NCBI GenBank assembly: GCA_964541455.1
Contig: CAZIPS010000003.1
Location: forward strand, 2,663 to 66,662
Length of the DNA stretch: 64,000 bases
Direction of reading: 5' to 3'
Origin: an uncultured Candidatus Saccharibacteria bacterium
GTDB lineage: Bacteria; Patescibacteriota; Minisyncoccia; Phycocordibacterales; JAKFXT01
Below are positions 56,274 through 63,833 of the stretch, piece after piece. The notes beneath the pieces were generated by a model. The model searched no databases. It was not told where the DNA came from and worked only from the letters and a program-made list of their open reading frames with translations. The position numbers were made by a program, and so were the translations under genes. Each line of letters opens with the position of its first letter. The stretch's first letter is position 1.

Positions 56274-56846
56274 CTACCCTCGACCTAGTTGCTTTAGGGC
56301 CTCGCGAATAATGGCTTGGGTATCATTTGAGGAGGGGGTGATTGACTTCAATACTTCGCGTATATCGCGTTCACTATAGCCAAGGGACATAAGTGCAAGA
56401 AGTGCGTCAGACTCTTCTTTAAGGGCTCGGCCGGAGTTTTCTTCTATAAGACCAACTTTTTCTTTAAGTTCAAGCACAATCTTTTCGGCTGTTTTTTTGC
56501 CAATGCCTGATACTTTAGTGAGATACCCTGAATCCCCTGTAGTGATAGCTTGGCGTAAGGTAGGGAGTGCAACTGCCGAGAGAATGGCGAGCGCTGAACG
56601 AGGACCGATGCCGGAAATGGTAATAAGGAGTTCAAAAAAGGAAAGCTCTTCTTGGCTCTCAAAACCAAAGAGGTCAAGGGCGTTTTCGCGCACCGCCAAA
56701 TAGGTAAAAAGTGCTACAGATTCCTGCTCTTTATGCACCCTAAGTGCATCTTCGGTAACAAAGACTTTATAGCCGACACCTCCCACAAGGAGGGTGAGGG
56801 ACTTTTCGGTGTGTGCGATAACAGTGCCTGAAAGGTAGCCAATCAT
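56274..56846 (-). CDS. ruvA: Holliday junction DNA helicase RuvA
   Basis: 190 aa starting MIGYLSGTV with an OB fold, HhH motifs (ISGIGPRSALAIL, VSGIGKKTAEKIVLEL) and a C-terminal RuvB-interaction domain. Confidence 0.9.
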   Translation of the reverse strand: MIGYLSGTVIAHTEKSLTLLVGGVGYKVFVTEDALRVHKEQESVALFTYLAVRENALDLFGFESQEELSFFELLITISGIGPRSALAILSAVALPTLRQAITTGDSGYLTKVSGIGKKTAEKIVLELKEKVGLIEENSGRALKEESDALLALMSLGYSERDIREVLKSITPSSNDTQAIIREALKQLGRG

Positions 56847-56924
56847 GCGCTTAGTATAGCGTATTTAAGGAAGGACTGTCCCGTATTGCTTTTTGAGGGG
56901 GTTTTAGGTAATATCCTTTTACCT

Positions 56925-57188
56925 ATGGCAATAACTAAATCAGCAAAACGGGCAATCGGAGTTGCGGCACGTCGCCGTGTTTTCAACCTTCGTCGTAAGG
57001 ATGATCTCCGTACGACCCTTAAGGAGGTGAAGAAGTTGGTGGCGGCAGGCAAAAAGGCAGAGGCAACTAAAGCACTCGACGCAGCGTATAAGGCACTCGA
57101 CAAATCAGCTAAGACTAAGCTTATCAAGAAGGGGACAGCAGATCGAAAGAAGAGCCGGCTCGCTAAGCAGATTGCGAAGATCAAGTAA
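56925..57188 (+). CDS. rpsT: 30S ribosomal protein S20
   Basis: MAITKSAKRAIGVAARRRVFNLRRKDDLRTTLKEVKKLVAAGKKAEATKALDAAYKALDKSAKTKLIKKGTADRKKSRLAKQIAKIK, followed by terminator CCCCTTTCGGGG-TTTTTT. The ORF track begins upstream at 56886. Confidence 0.9.
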   Translation: MAITKSAKRAIGVAARRRVFNLRRKDDLRTTLKEVKKLVAAGKKAEATKALDAAYKALDKSAKTKLIKKGTADRKKSRLAKQIAKIK

Positions 57189-57368
57189 AAAATCCCCTTT
57201 CGGGGTTTTTTATTTTGGTCACAAGTCATTAAGTATTTTATTTCGCCCTGCAAGCAGGTTTCATAAAATACTAAGTGCTCGCGACCCCACCTCATATCGC
57301 TAAAGCGATATATTCCGGTTCACAAAAACTAAAAATGTGAAGCAGTTCACATTTTCTTAACGTTTTTG

Positions 57369-57440
57369 TGCTCCCGGTTGGAATTGAACCAGCATCGTCT
57401 CCTTCGGAGGGAGATATTCTATCCGTTGAACTACGGGAGC
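57369..57440 (-). tRNA. tRNA-Arg (anticodon CCG)
   Basis: Manual fold: acceptor GCUCCCG/CGGGAGC, anticodon stem UCUCC/GGAGA, loop CUCCGAA, T-loop GGUUCAAUUCC. A terminator hairpin AAAATGTGAA-GCAG-TTCACATTTT lies immediately downstream. Confidence 0.8.
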
Positions 57441-57447
57441 TTTATCC

Positions 57448-57885
57448 CTAGTGGTGTGCGAGGGACATAATAGCAATATAGCGAATATAGAACTCAAAAG
57501 TGACTGCCGCGATTAAGATAAGGATAAAAAAGGCACCAATTTTCTTATACCCATGTTCTCTAAAAAGGGCAATGAGGGCATAGATGAAAGAGAGGGCATA
57601 GCCGAAGATAAAGCCCCACGAAAGATGTCTAAAGAGTGGAGTAAAAATATCTTTAATAAAAAAAAGACTCATGAGAAAGCAAGTACCTGCAAAGAAGAAG
57701 AAAAAAGAAGCAAAGAAAAGAGGGAGAGATCGTCTTTGAGGTTTCATAGAGATAGTATAGCGTATGTTGGTTAAAAAAAGGGCTAGTAGTGCGAGGGAAG
57801 CACCCATTACACGGACAGTACACCTTTTGTGTCTGACTTTGCCAAAAAGCTCGCTCCCATATACCCAAGGCTTTCGATCTTGCAC
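57448..57885 (-). CDS. Hypothetical membrane protein (145 aa)
   Basis: 3-4 predicted TM helices. No recognisable family. The start is uncertain. Confidence 0.35.
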   Translation of the reverse strand: MQDRKPWVYGSELFGKVRHKRCTVRVMGASLALLALFLTNIRYTISMKPQRRSLPLFFASFFFFFAGTCFLMSLFFIKDIFTPLFRHLSWGFIFGYALSFIYALIALFREHGYKKIGAFFILILIAAVTFEFYIRYIAIMSLAHH

Positions 57886-58039
57886 GGAGTGTGTATGGGC
57901 ATAAGGAATCTCGACCTACGGTCGCAGGTGGTTTTCTATTTTTTTGCAATTTGATTGCTCAAAAATAAAGAAAACCCTTTCGATTCCTGCATGCAAGCAA
58001 AGCAGTTTGCTTGCTCTCGGGGAACAAAATGTTCCATTT

Positions 58040-58114
58040 TGGTCCCCTCGGCAGGAATCGAACCTGCATTGCAAGATCCGCAATCTTGCGTCCTATCCAT
58101 TGAACGACGAGGGG
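58040..58114 (-). tRNA. tRNA-Arg (anticodon read as GCG; CCA encoded)
   Basis: Manual fold: acceptor CCCCUCG/CGAGGGG plus ACCA, anticodon stem CAAGA/UCUUG, loop UUGCGGA, T-loop GGUUCGAUUCC. An unmodified G34 is unusual for bacterial Arg tRNA. Needs tRNAscan confirmation. Confidence 0.65.
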
Positions 58115-58174
58115 GGGAGTAGGTGAGTTATAGCAAAAAGTGCTCAATTTTACCACTCTTTTTTGAAAAGAGAT

Positions 58175-58630
58175 TTAAATGCCCAACCACTCAGCGAGCA
58201 TATAAGTGAGAGGTTCGTGGTGGGGGACTTCTTTAAGTTTGTGGATGAGTACTTCTTTTATATTGTCCCCGTTGTACTTTCGTATCGGAATAACCATAAG
58301 GGAGCCGAAAAATTTCTTTGGAGCCAAGATAAGTTTGTCTTCATGGTGCTGTTTATGGATGAAAAAGGATTCAAGTTCTTCGTAATGGTAAAAATCATCT
58401 CCAACTCCCACTCCTCTTTCGTTAATGGTGTAGAGCACTTCTTTAGGGAGGCGCACTGCAAAGAGGCCGATACTAATAGCACCTAAGATAAGAATAGCTG
58501 CAAGAAGGACATTGCTAAAATAAATAGAAACTCCCGCACTTATAAGGGTAATAAGTCCAAGTCCCCAAAACCAATCAACTGTTTTTGGTCGATGTGCGTA
58601 TTCGTATTCACTCCAACTAAGTTCCTCCAT
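58175..58630 (-). CDS. Hypothetical membrane protein (151 aa, 2 TM)
   Basis: Two adjacent TM helices near the N-terminus. No recognisable family. Confidence 0.4.
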   Translation of the reverse strand: MEELSWSEYEYAHRPKTVDWFWGLGLITLISAGVSIYFSNVLLAAILILGAISIGLFAVRLPKEVLYTINERGVGVGDDFYHYEELESFFIHKQHHEDKLILAPKKFFGSLMVIPIRKYNGDNIKEVLIHKLKEVPHHEPLTYMLAEWLGI

Positions 58631-58672
58631 GGAATTAGTGTAGCATGGGAAAGAATTATTTTATGGTAAGCG
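58629..58672 (+). repeat. 44-bp perfect direct repeat, copy 1 (ATGGAATTAGTGTAGCATGGGAAAGAATTATTTTATGGTAAGCG)
   Basis: Identical to 59504-59547. The two copies bracket the 273-aa secreted-protein gene. Confidence 0.9.
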
Positions 58673-59477
58673 AAACAGTAAGCGTTGTTTCGGGAAGAAT
58701 GTGACCCTCTGCGTCACGTAGAGAAACGAGCACCCTATATAATTGACCGGGCGCGTATGTTCCTGAGGATGTGTAACTATTAGGCTCGGTGTATGACCAT
58801 TTTCCATTTTTTACTTCTACGTCTTTGGAACTTAGGTTCACCCAATCACCTTCTTTTGCGGCGTTATAGGATTGGATGGTAACTGAAACTGTGTGGACCG
58901 AAGGGGCAGCGCTTCCTGTTATAGTTGGAATAGCTGAGGATGAGACAAGAGATGCTTTGTCGATAATTATAAATTGAGCCTTTACGGTTAATTTTGTTGA
59001 GGCCAAAAGCGACCCATCTTCTTCATTATAAAGGGCGACAGTGTATATACCCGGTTCAAGGATGACAGCACCACTCGGAGCTACAATGCCTGCATACCAG
59101 CGGCCATTTTTGATAGTAATCCCACCAGCGCCACTTGATTCACCGAGAGCGTAGTTCGGCATAGAGTCAGGACCAATTCTTTTTTGTGGTGGGGTTACTT
59201 CGCCCTTACCAACAAGGATAGAGACGGATGAGACTCCGCTAGGCATTGCCCCCTCAAGCGCTGCGTTTTGTGTGAGAATTAGGGTATCTTTTATTAAAGA
59301 AGTATCACTGTTTGTATTAGAAGGGGACTGTGTATTTTCTGCAAATAAACCACTATCTTGTTCAGCTGTTTGAACGGTTTTTTGGCTTAAGGTTACGTTT
59401 GTTTGATTAAGGCTCCACCATCTATATGTAAAAAGTGCTATTAAAAGAGCAACGCTTATCAAAATAGTCTTTTTCAT
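58656..59477 (-). CDS. Hypothetical secreted protein (273 aa) flanked by 44-bp direct repeats
   Basis: Signal peptide MKKTILISVALLIALFTY and a Ser/Thr/Gly-rich beta-type composition. No recognisable domain. Confidence 0.5.
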   Translation of the reverse strand: MKKTILISVALLIALFTYRWWSLNQTNVTLSQKTVQTAEQDSGLFAENTQSPSNTNSDTSLIKDTLILTQNAALEGAMPSGVSSVSILVGKGEVTPPQKRIGPDSMPNYALGESSGAGGITIKNGRWYAGIVAPSGAVILEPGIYTVALYNEEDGSLLASTKLTVKAQFIIIDKASLVSSSAIPTITGSAAPSVHTVSVTIQSYNAAKEGDWVNLSSKDVEVKNGKWSYTEPNSYTSSGTYAPGQLYRVLVSLRDAEGHILPETTLTVSLTIK

Positions 59478-59503
59478 ATGTTACTTAAAGTTAATGCTAC
59501 CGA

Positions 59504-59547
59504 TGGAATTAGTGTAGCATGGGAAAGAATTATTTTATGGTAAGCGG
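59504..59547 (+). repeat. 44-bp perfect direct repeat, copy 2
   Basis: Identical to 58629-58672. It lies about 25 bp from a duplicated 13-nt tRNA-Ser 3' end fragment (59573-59585). Confidence 0.9.
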
Positions 59548-59604
59548 TGAAGTGAGTGTTGTTAGATCACAAAGCGGAGGCGGTGGGTCAACTAAGTCTT
59601 ACAG

Positions 59605-59689
59605 CGGAGGCGGTGAGATTCGAACTCACGGTACCTTTCAGCACTCCTGTTTTCAAGACAGGTGCGATAGACCACTCTGCCACGCCTCC
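59605..59689 (-). tRNA. tRNA-Ser (anticodon UGA), long variable arm
   Basis: Acceptor GGAGGCG/CGCCUCC, D-arm GGCAGAGUGGUCUAUCGC, anticodon loop CUUGAAA, extended variable arm, T-loop GAGUUCGAAUCUC. Confidence 0.85.
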
Positions 59690-59846
59690 GCTCTAATACT
59701 TAGTTTTTAAATGAACTCACGTTTCGTTACACGAACGGTAGACCTTATGTATGTGTGGATACTACACCCACCAACTTACACTAAAAGTAGATTATTCTCA
59801 ACTACTTTCTTTTTCTAACGTATCGCTATAAGCTGGGGTGTATACG

Positions 59847-60227
59847 ATGAAAATCCTTGGAGTAGATTATGGGAAAAAGCGCGTGGGGATCGCACTTTCT
59901 GATGGAGAAGGTTCTTTTGCCTTTCCCAAAATGGTCCTATCAGAAAGTCCCCATCTCGCCAAAGAGATAGGAGAGTTAGCAAAACGCGAAGGGGTGAATA
60001 CTATTGTGATTGGTGAGTCAAAGGACTACGGGGGAAGAGAAAACCCACTACTTAAAGATATCCACCTCCTTGAACGAGTACTTATGGATGATGGGTTTAC
60101 AGTAGTGCTTGAGCCAGAGTACGGGAGCTCTCACGAAGCAGCACGTTTTCAGGGGAAAGGACCACTTCACGATGCGTCAGCGGCGGCGATAATTTTACAA
60201 AGGTATTTAGATAAACAAACGAGATAA
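59847..60227 (+). CDS. ruvX: YqgF/RuvX-family putative pre-16S rRNA nuclease / Holliday junction resolvase-like
   Basis: MKILGVDYGKKRVGIALSD... with an RNase H-like fold signature. Confidence 0.85.
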   Translation: MKILGVDYGKKRVGIALSDGEGSFAFPKMVLSESPHLAKEIGELAKREGVNTIVIGESKDYGGRENPLLKDIHLLERVLMDDGFTVVLEPEYGSSHEAARFQGKGPLHDASAAAIILQRYLDKQTR

Positions 60228-60234
60228 AAAATAT

Positions 60235-60561
60235 ATGATTTCGATTGATGATTTTGCAAAAGTAGAAATAAGGATTGGGGAGATAGTAAGCGCCGAACCG
60301 ATAGAGGGCTCGGAAAAGCTACTAAAGTTAAAGGTTAATTTTGGAGAAGAAGGAGAACGCCAGATACTTTCTGGTATCGCTAAGTACAAAACACCAGAAG
60401 AGCTCGTTGGAGTGAAATGTCCTTTTATTGTAAATCTGGAGCCTCGCATGATGATGGGGCTTGAAAGTCAGGGAATGATCATGGCAGCTTCAACTGATGA
60501 TGGGGTATTTACCTTGCTTGAGGCAAATAAGGCAATTCCTGCTGGAACAAAAGTAAAATAA
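60235..60561 (+). CDS. tRNA-binding domain protein (CsaA/Trbp111/EMAP-II-like OB fold)
   Basis: 108 aa, FAKVEIRIGEIVSAEPIEGSEKLLKLKVNFGEEGERQILSGIAKY is the canonical tRNA-binding OB domain. Confidence 0.85.
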   Translation: MISIDDFAKVEIRIGEIVSAEPIEGSEKLLKLKVNFGEEGERQILSGIAKYKTPEELVGVKCPFIVNLEPRMMMGLESQGMIMAASTDDGVFTLLEANKAIPAGTKVK

Positions 60562-60720
60562 GAAAAGTAATCCTCACCTTTTGCTATAAAAAGTGGGGGA
60601 GCGTAGCGTATACTGTAGGAGAAACAAACGTTTTTTAACTGTATGGCTTTTGGCTATTCTGCACATTCTAAAATGCATTCTGAAAAACCCTTTTTCAGAG
60701 TTTTCCCGCCGCCAGAAATT

Positions 60721-61764
60721 ATGCTCATGCCATCAGTCGGGCTTGATATTTCTGACCATACAGCTCGTTTTATAGAGCTCAAAACAAAAGCTGGCAAAAT
60801 AGAGATAGGGCGCCATGGGGAGAAGACTATTCCTGACAGCACACTTTCACTTGGAGAAATAAAAGACGCTGCAGCACTTAAAACAGCGCTAAGTGCGCTT
60901 GCAAAAGAGAATGATCTTTCTTTTGTGCGCATGTCTCTTCCTGAAGAGAAGGCATATTTGTTCCGTACCGAAGTGCCACTACTTTCTCCAGAGGAAACAA
61001 AAGAAAATATCGCTTTTCAACTCGAAGAGCATGTACCTATTGGGGCAGGGGATGCAGTGTTTGATTATGTTGTGGCGAATCCGCTTTTTGGCAAAATTGG
61101 TGGTGCTATGCGCGAGGTAGTAGTGTCAGTATTTCCGCGTGAGTTTATAGAAGGGTATGTTGATGTTCTGGCAGGAGCGGGACTTACCCCTCTTTCTTTT
61201 GAAATGGAGGCTTCAGCTATCGCTCGCTCTTTAGTTCCTGTGAATAATCTAAAGACGTATATGATCGTCGACTTCGGATATAAACGAACAGGGATCATTA
61301 TTGTGAGTAGAGGAGCGGTGCACCTTTCAACGACGGTAGATATTGGAGGCGAAGCTCTCACCGAGGCGATCGAAAAGAAACTTTCTATAACAAGGGACGA
61401 GGCAGAAGCTTTGAAAAGAGAAGGGGCTTTTTCACGCAATGGACGTTATCGAGAAATGTTCCCACTTTTGCTCGATGCGATTACTTCACTTAAAGATCAG
61501 GTTAATAAACTGTTTGTGTACTGGCATAATCATCCCGATAAAAAAGACGCAACACCGCCGCCTATTGAGCGTATTATTCTCACGGGAGGTGACGCCAACC
61601 TTGAGGGGCTTTCGGATCATTTTGCATTAGCCATGCGTGTACCAGCTGAAGTGGGCAATGTTTGGAGTAATATTTTGCGCACTAACGAGGAAGTACCTTC
61701 TATTTCATTCTCCGAATCACTTTCATACGCGGTAGCTATTGGGCTTGCAATGCGTGACCTGTAA
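60721..61764 (+). CDS. pilM: Type IV pilus assembly protein PilM (actin-like ATPase)
   Basis: VGLDISDHTARFIELK..., paired actin-like domains (IVDFGYKRTGIIIV ... DIGGEALTEAIEKKL). Start set at the internal Met. The ORF track starts at 60643. Confidence 0.8.
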   Translation: MLMPSVGLDISDHTARFIELKTKAGKIEIGRHGEKTIPDSTLSLGEIKDAAALKTALSALAKENDLSFVRMSLPEEKAYLFRTEVPLLSPEETKENIAFQLEEHVPIGAGDAVFDYVVANPLFGKIGGAMREVVVSVFPREFIEGYVDVLAGAGLTPLSFEMEASAIARSLVPVNNLKTYMIVDFGYKRTGIIIVSRGAVHLSTTVDIGGEALTEAIEKKLSITRDEAEALKREGAFSRNGRYREMFPLLLDAITSLKDQVNKLFVYWHNHPDKKDATPPPIERIILTGGDANLEGLSDHFALAMRVPAEVGNVWSNILRTNEEVPSISFSESLSYAVAIGLAMRDL

Positions 61765-61767
61765 TCT

Positions 61768-62295
61768 ATGTATAACCTTCTTCCAGAGCAACAAAAAGGG
61801 GAACTTAAAAGCGAGTATCGGTTTCGTGTAGCAGTTGTTGCGCTGCGCTTTCTGATACTTATCGTTTTTATCGCTGGAGCACTACTCACCCCGTCGTTTG
61901 TATTGCTCTATAGCAAGCGGAGCGATCTCGAAAATCAGATTGCAAGTAGCCAAAATCTCGAACAAGAAGCAAAAAAGACAGAAACAAGTGATAGCACCAA
62001 ACAGCTTGATGAAGAAATTTCAGTATTAAAAAATGTCGATACTAAAACGCATGGGGAAGAGCTTTTGCTTACAGTGATAAATGCCAAACCAAAGAATATT
62101 AGGCTTAACAAAACCGTGTTTACGATGAATGGTGCTTCTTCAACAGTAGTAGTGGAGGGGGTTGCAAAATCAGTTGATGATCTACTAGCCCTTAAAAAGG
62201 TACTTCTCACCATCCCCCCCTTTAAAACAGCGCAATTTCCAGTTGAGCTTCTCACTAAACATAGTGATATCCCCTTTGCTATGACACTGCAGTAA
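61768..62295 (+). CDS. PilN-like bitopic membrane protein
   Basis: 175 aa with an N-terminal TM after a short cytoplasmic segment and a periplasmic coiled-coil. Position after pilM. Confidence 0.6.
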   Translation: MYNLLPEQQKGELKSEYRFRVAVVALRFLILIVFIAGALLTPSFVLLYSKRSDLENQIASSQNLEQEAKKTETSDSTKQLDEEISVLKNVDTKTHGEELLLTVINAKPKNIRLNKTVFTMNGASSTVVVEGVAKSVDDLLALKKVLLTIPPFKTAQFPVELLTKHSDIPFAMTLQ

Positions 62296-62298
62296 TAT

Positions 62299-62841
62299 AT
62301 GGAACTATTTAAACGAACAAAACGTAAGCTAGTTATTACAGGGGTGACCGCAGTCCTTTTCTGTGGAGCTTTTGCACTTGTGGTGTATTACTTTACTACG
62401 GTGATGAGTGAGGTGGGTGATTTGGAAACTAAAGTTGAGCAAGCGAAGCAAGATGAAGAACAGTTGGTGCTTGTAAAGAAAACACTTCAGGACGTCGAAG
62501 GGAATAAGGACCTCCTCGATGCATTATTCATCACTGCTGATAACGAAGCAGACTTTGTTAAATCCATCGAAGGGTTAGCAAGTAGTACCAATGTAAGTTT
62601 AGATATCACCTCACTTCGCCATGATCCAGGGCCAGCAAAGACAAGGTTTGAGTATGTGGCTATGCAAGGAAATGTTGAAGGCTCTATAGAGCAGGTATAT
62701 CATTTTATGCATCTGCTCGGACGTTTTGGAAAAGCGCTTGAGATAAAGCAATTGCAGTTTGAAGTAATGCCGAATGATACAAAAAAGAAAGAAAATAAAT
62801 GGCGCGGCACCTTTGGCGTGAGGAGTCTAAAAATAAAATAA
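62299..62841 (+). CDS. PilO-like bitopic membrane protein
   Basis: 180 aa with an N-terminal TM, a coiled-coil and a C-terminal alpha/beta domain. Position after pilN. Confidence 0.55.
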   Translation: MELFKRTKRKLVITGVTAVLFCGAFALVVYYFTTVMSEVGDLETKVEQAKQDEEQLVLVKKTLQDVEGNKDLLDALFITADNEADFVKSIEGLASSTNVSLDITSLRHDPGPAKTRFEYVAMQGNVEGSIEQVYHFMHLLGRFGKALEIKQLQFEVMPNDTKKKENKWRGTFGVRSLKIK

Positions 62842-62843
62842 TT

Positions 62844-63176
62844 ATGGGAGCCTATATCGAAAAAATAAAAAAGATACTAAAGAGGGAAAAGAGGGTAGAG
62901 GAGAAAAAGCCTTCACGAAACCCCTATCGAGACTGGGCGATTATTTTTGTAAGTAGCGTGACCGTATGCCTCCTTCTTATGGGCGGAGCGGTGTATGTTT
63001 TCTTTGGTATACGAACTGGTGCTCTCCCCGGAGCAGATGATGTTAAGAGGGCAGTTACAGAAAAAAAGTTTAACGAAAAAAATCTCACTCATATGGTAGA
63101 ACTTTTCAAAAAAAGAGCCGAGGAATATGAGGCGTTTAAAACTGAAAAGGTGCAGATTGCTGATCCTTCGCTCTAA
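62844..63176 (+). CDS. Small bitopic membrane protein (about 110 aa), possibly a PilP/Q-replacing accessory of the pilMNO operon
   Basis: One TM helix (WAIIFVSSVTVCLLLMGGAVYVFF), downstream of pilO. The function is inferred from position only. Confidence 0.35.
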   Translation: MGAYIEKIKKILKREKRVEEKKPSRNPYRDWAIIFVSSVTVCLLLMGGAVYVFFGIRTGALPGADDVKRAVTEKKFNEKNLTHMVELFKKRAEEYEAFKTEKVQIADPSL

Positions 63177-63206
63177 TGGTAGCCTAACAACGTTAAGGAT
63201 ATATTC

Positions 63207-63281
63207 CTCCCCGTAGTTCAATGGATAGAACAGGAGACTTCTAAGCTTCTGATCGTGGTTCGATTCCACGCGGGGGGACCA
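63207..63281 (+). tRNA. tRNA-Arg (anticodon UCU), CCA encoded
   Basis: Acceptor CUCCCCG/CGGGGGG, D-arm GUUC-AAUGGAUA-GAAC, anticodon loop CUUCUAA, T-loop GGUUCGAUUCC, 3' ACCA. Confidence 0.8.
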
Positions 63282-63282
63282 T

Positions 63283-63320
63283 ACAAGAAAAAACAGTGCC
63301 TGCGCACTGTTTTTTCTTGT
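63283..63320. terminator. Palindromic terminator hairpin after tRNA-Arg(UCU); same element as 51071-51098
   Basis: ACAAGAAAAAACAGTGC-CTGC-GCACTGTTTTTTCTTGT. Confidence 0.75.
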
Positions 63321-63546
63321 ATGGTCCGGCCGCAGCTATATTTTGCTAGCGAGCAAAATTGTGCGAGGCGGGGTCGCGAAAAAAGCGAGTGGCGACGAGC
63401 TTTTATTCGTGACACAGAGAAGTAAAGAAACAAAGCGTCCACGCGGAACATTGCAAGCGACGGCGCGCAATGTATCTGTGACACAGAGTGGGGGGGTTCA
63501 CAGAGATAGTAAAAAACCGCCCGAAGGCGGTCGGTGAGTGGAGGGG

Positions 63547-63747
63547 TTATTCTCGAAATTCCCTCCACCAGATGATGGTCCAGGCGAGGCTTCCTATGAC
63601 GAAAGCCCCGGCGCTTATTGAAAGGAACCATACAAGTTCAGCTCCTTTGGGGGCAAGGATGCTGCCTGCCAAAAGCCCCAGAAAAAGGGAAAGCACAATG
63701 GCCGAGACGTACGGGCCCCACGCTTCCCCACGAATTATGTGTCTCAT
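63547..63747 (-). CDS. Small two-TM membrane protein, GC-rich cassette E (66 aa from ATG; the ORF track extends to an upstream TTG at 63801)
   Basis: MRHIIRGEAWGPYVSAIVLSLFLGLLAGSILAPKGAELVWFLSISAGAFVIGSLAWTIIWWREFRE. SD GGAGGA 5 nt upstream, sigma70-like promoter and a terminator CCGCC-TTCG-GGCGG-TTTTTT after the stop. Confidence 0.55.
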   Translation of the reverse strand: MRHIIRGEAWGPYVSAIVLSLFLGLLAGSILAPKGAELVWFLSISAGAFVIGSLAWTIIWWREFRE

Positions 63748-63773
63748 ACAGGTCCTCCATATTGTCTTCGGGC

Positions 63774-63801
63774 AGCATACTCTTTCTATCTGTCTAGTCA
63801 A
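63774..63801 (-). promoter_or_regulatory. Sigma70-like promoter of cassette E (TTGACT-16-TATGCT on the minus strand)
   Basis: Reverse complement of 63796-63801 is TTGACT and of 63774-63779 is TATGCT. The ORF track uses this TTG as an alternative start, but the ATG at 63747 with SD fits better. Confidence 0.5.
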
Positions 63802-63833
63802 ACAAAAGCCAAGGAAATTGCTATAATTCCCTT

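Noticed and set aside
63218-63631. 137-aa minus-strand ORF overlapping tRNA-Arg(UCU) and its terminator
   Set aside because: It overlaps a confidently folded tRNA and terminator hairpin and has Arg-rich GC-artefact composition.
63796-63801. TTGACT initially read as the TTG start codon of cassette E (ORF track 63547-63801)
   Set aside because: The hexamer fits better as the -35 of a TTGACT-16-TATGCT promoter that is followed by GGAGGA and an ATG at 63747. The 84-aa TTG-start version would lack any RBS.
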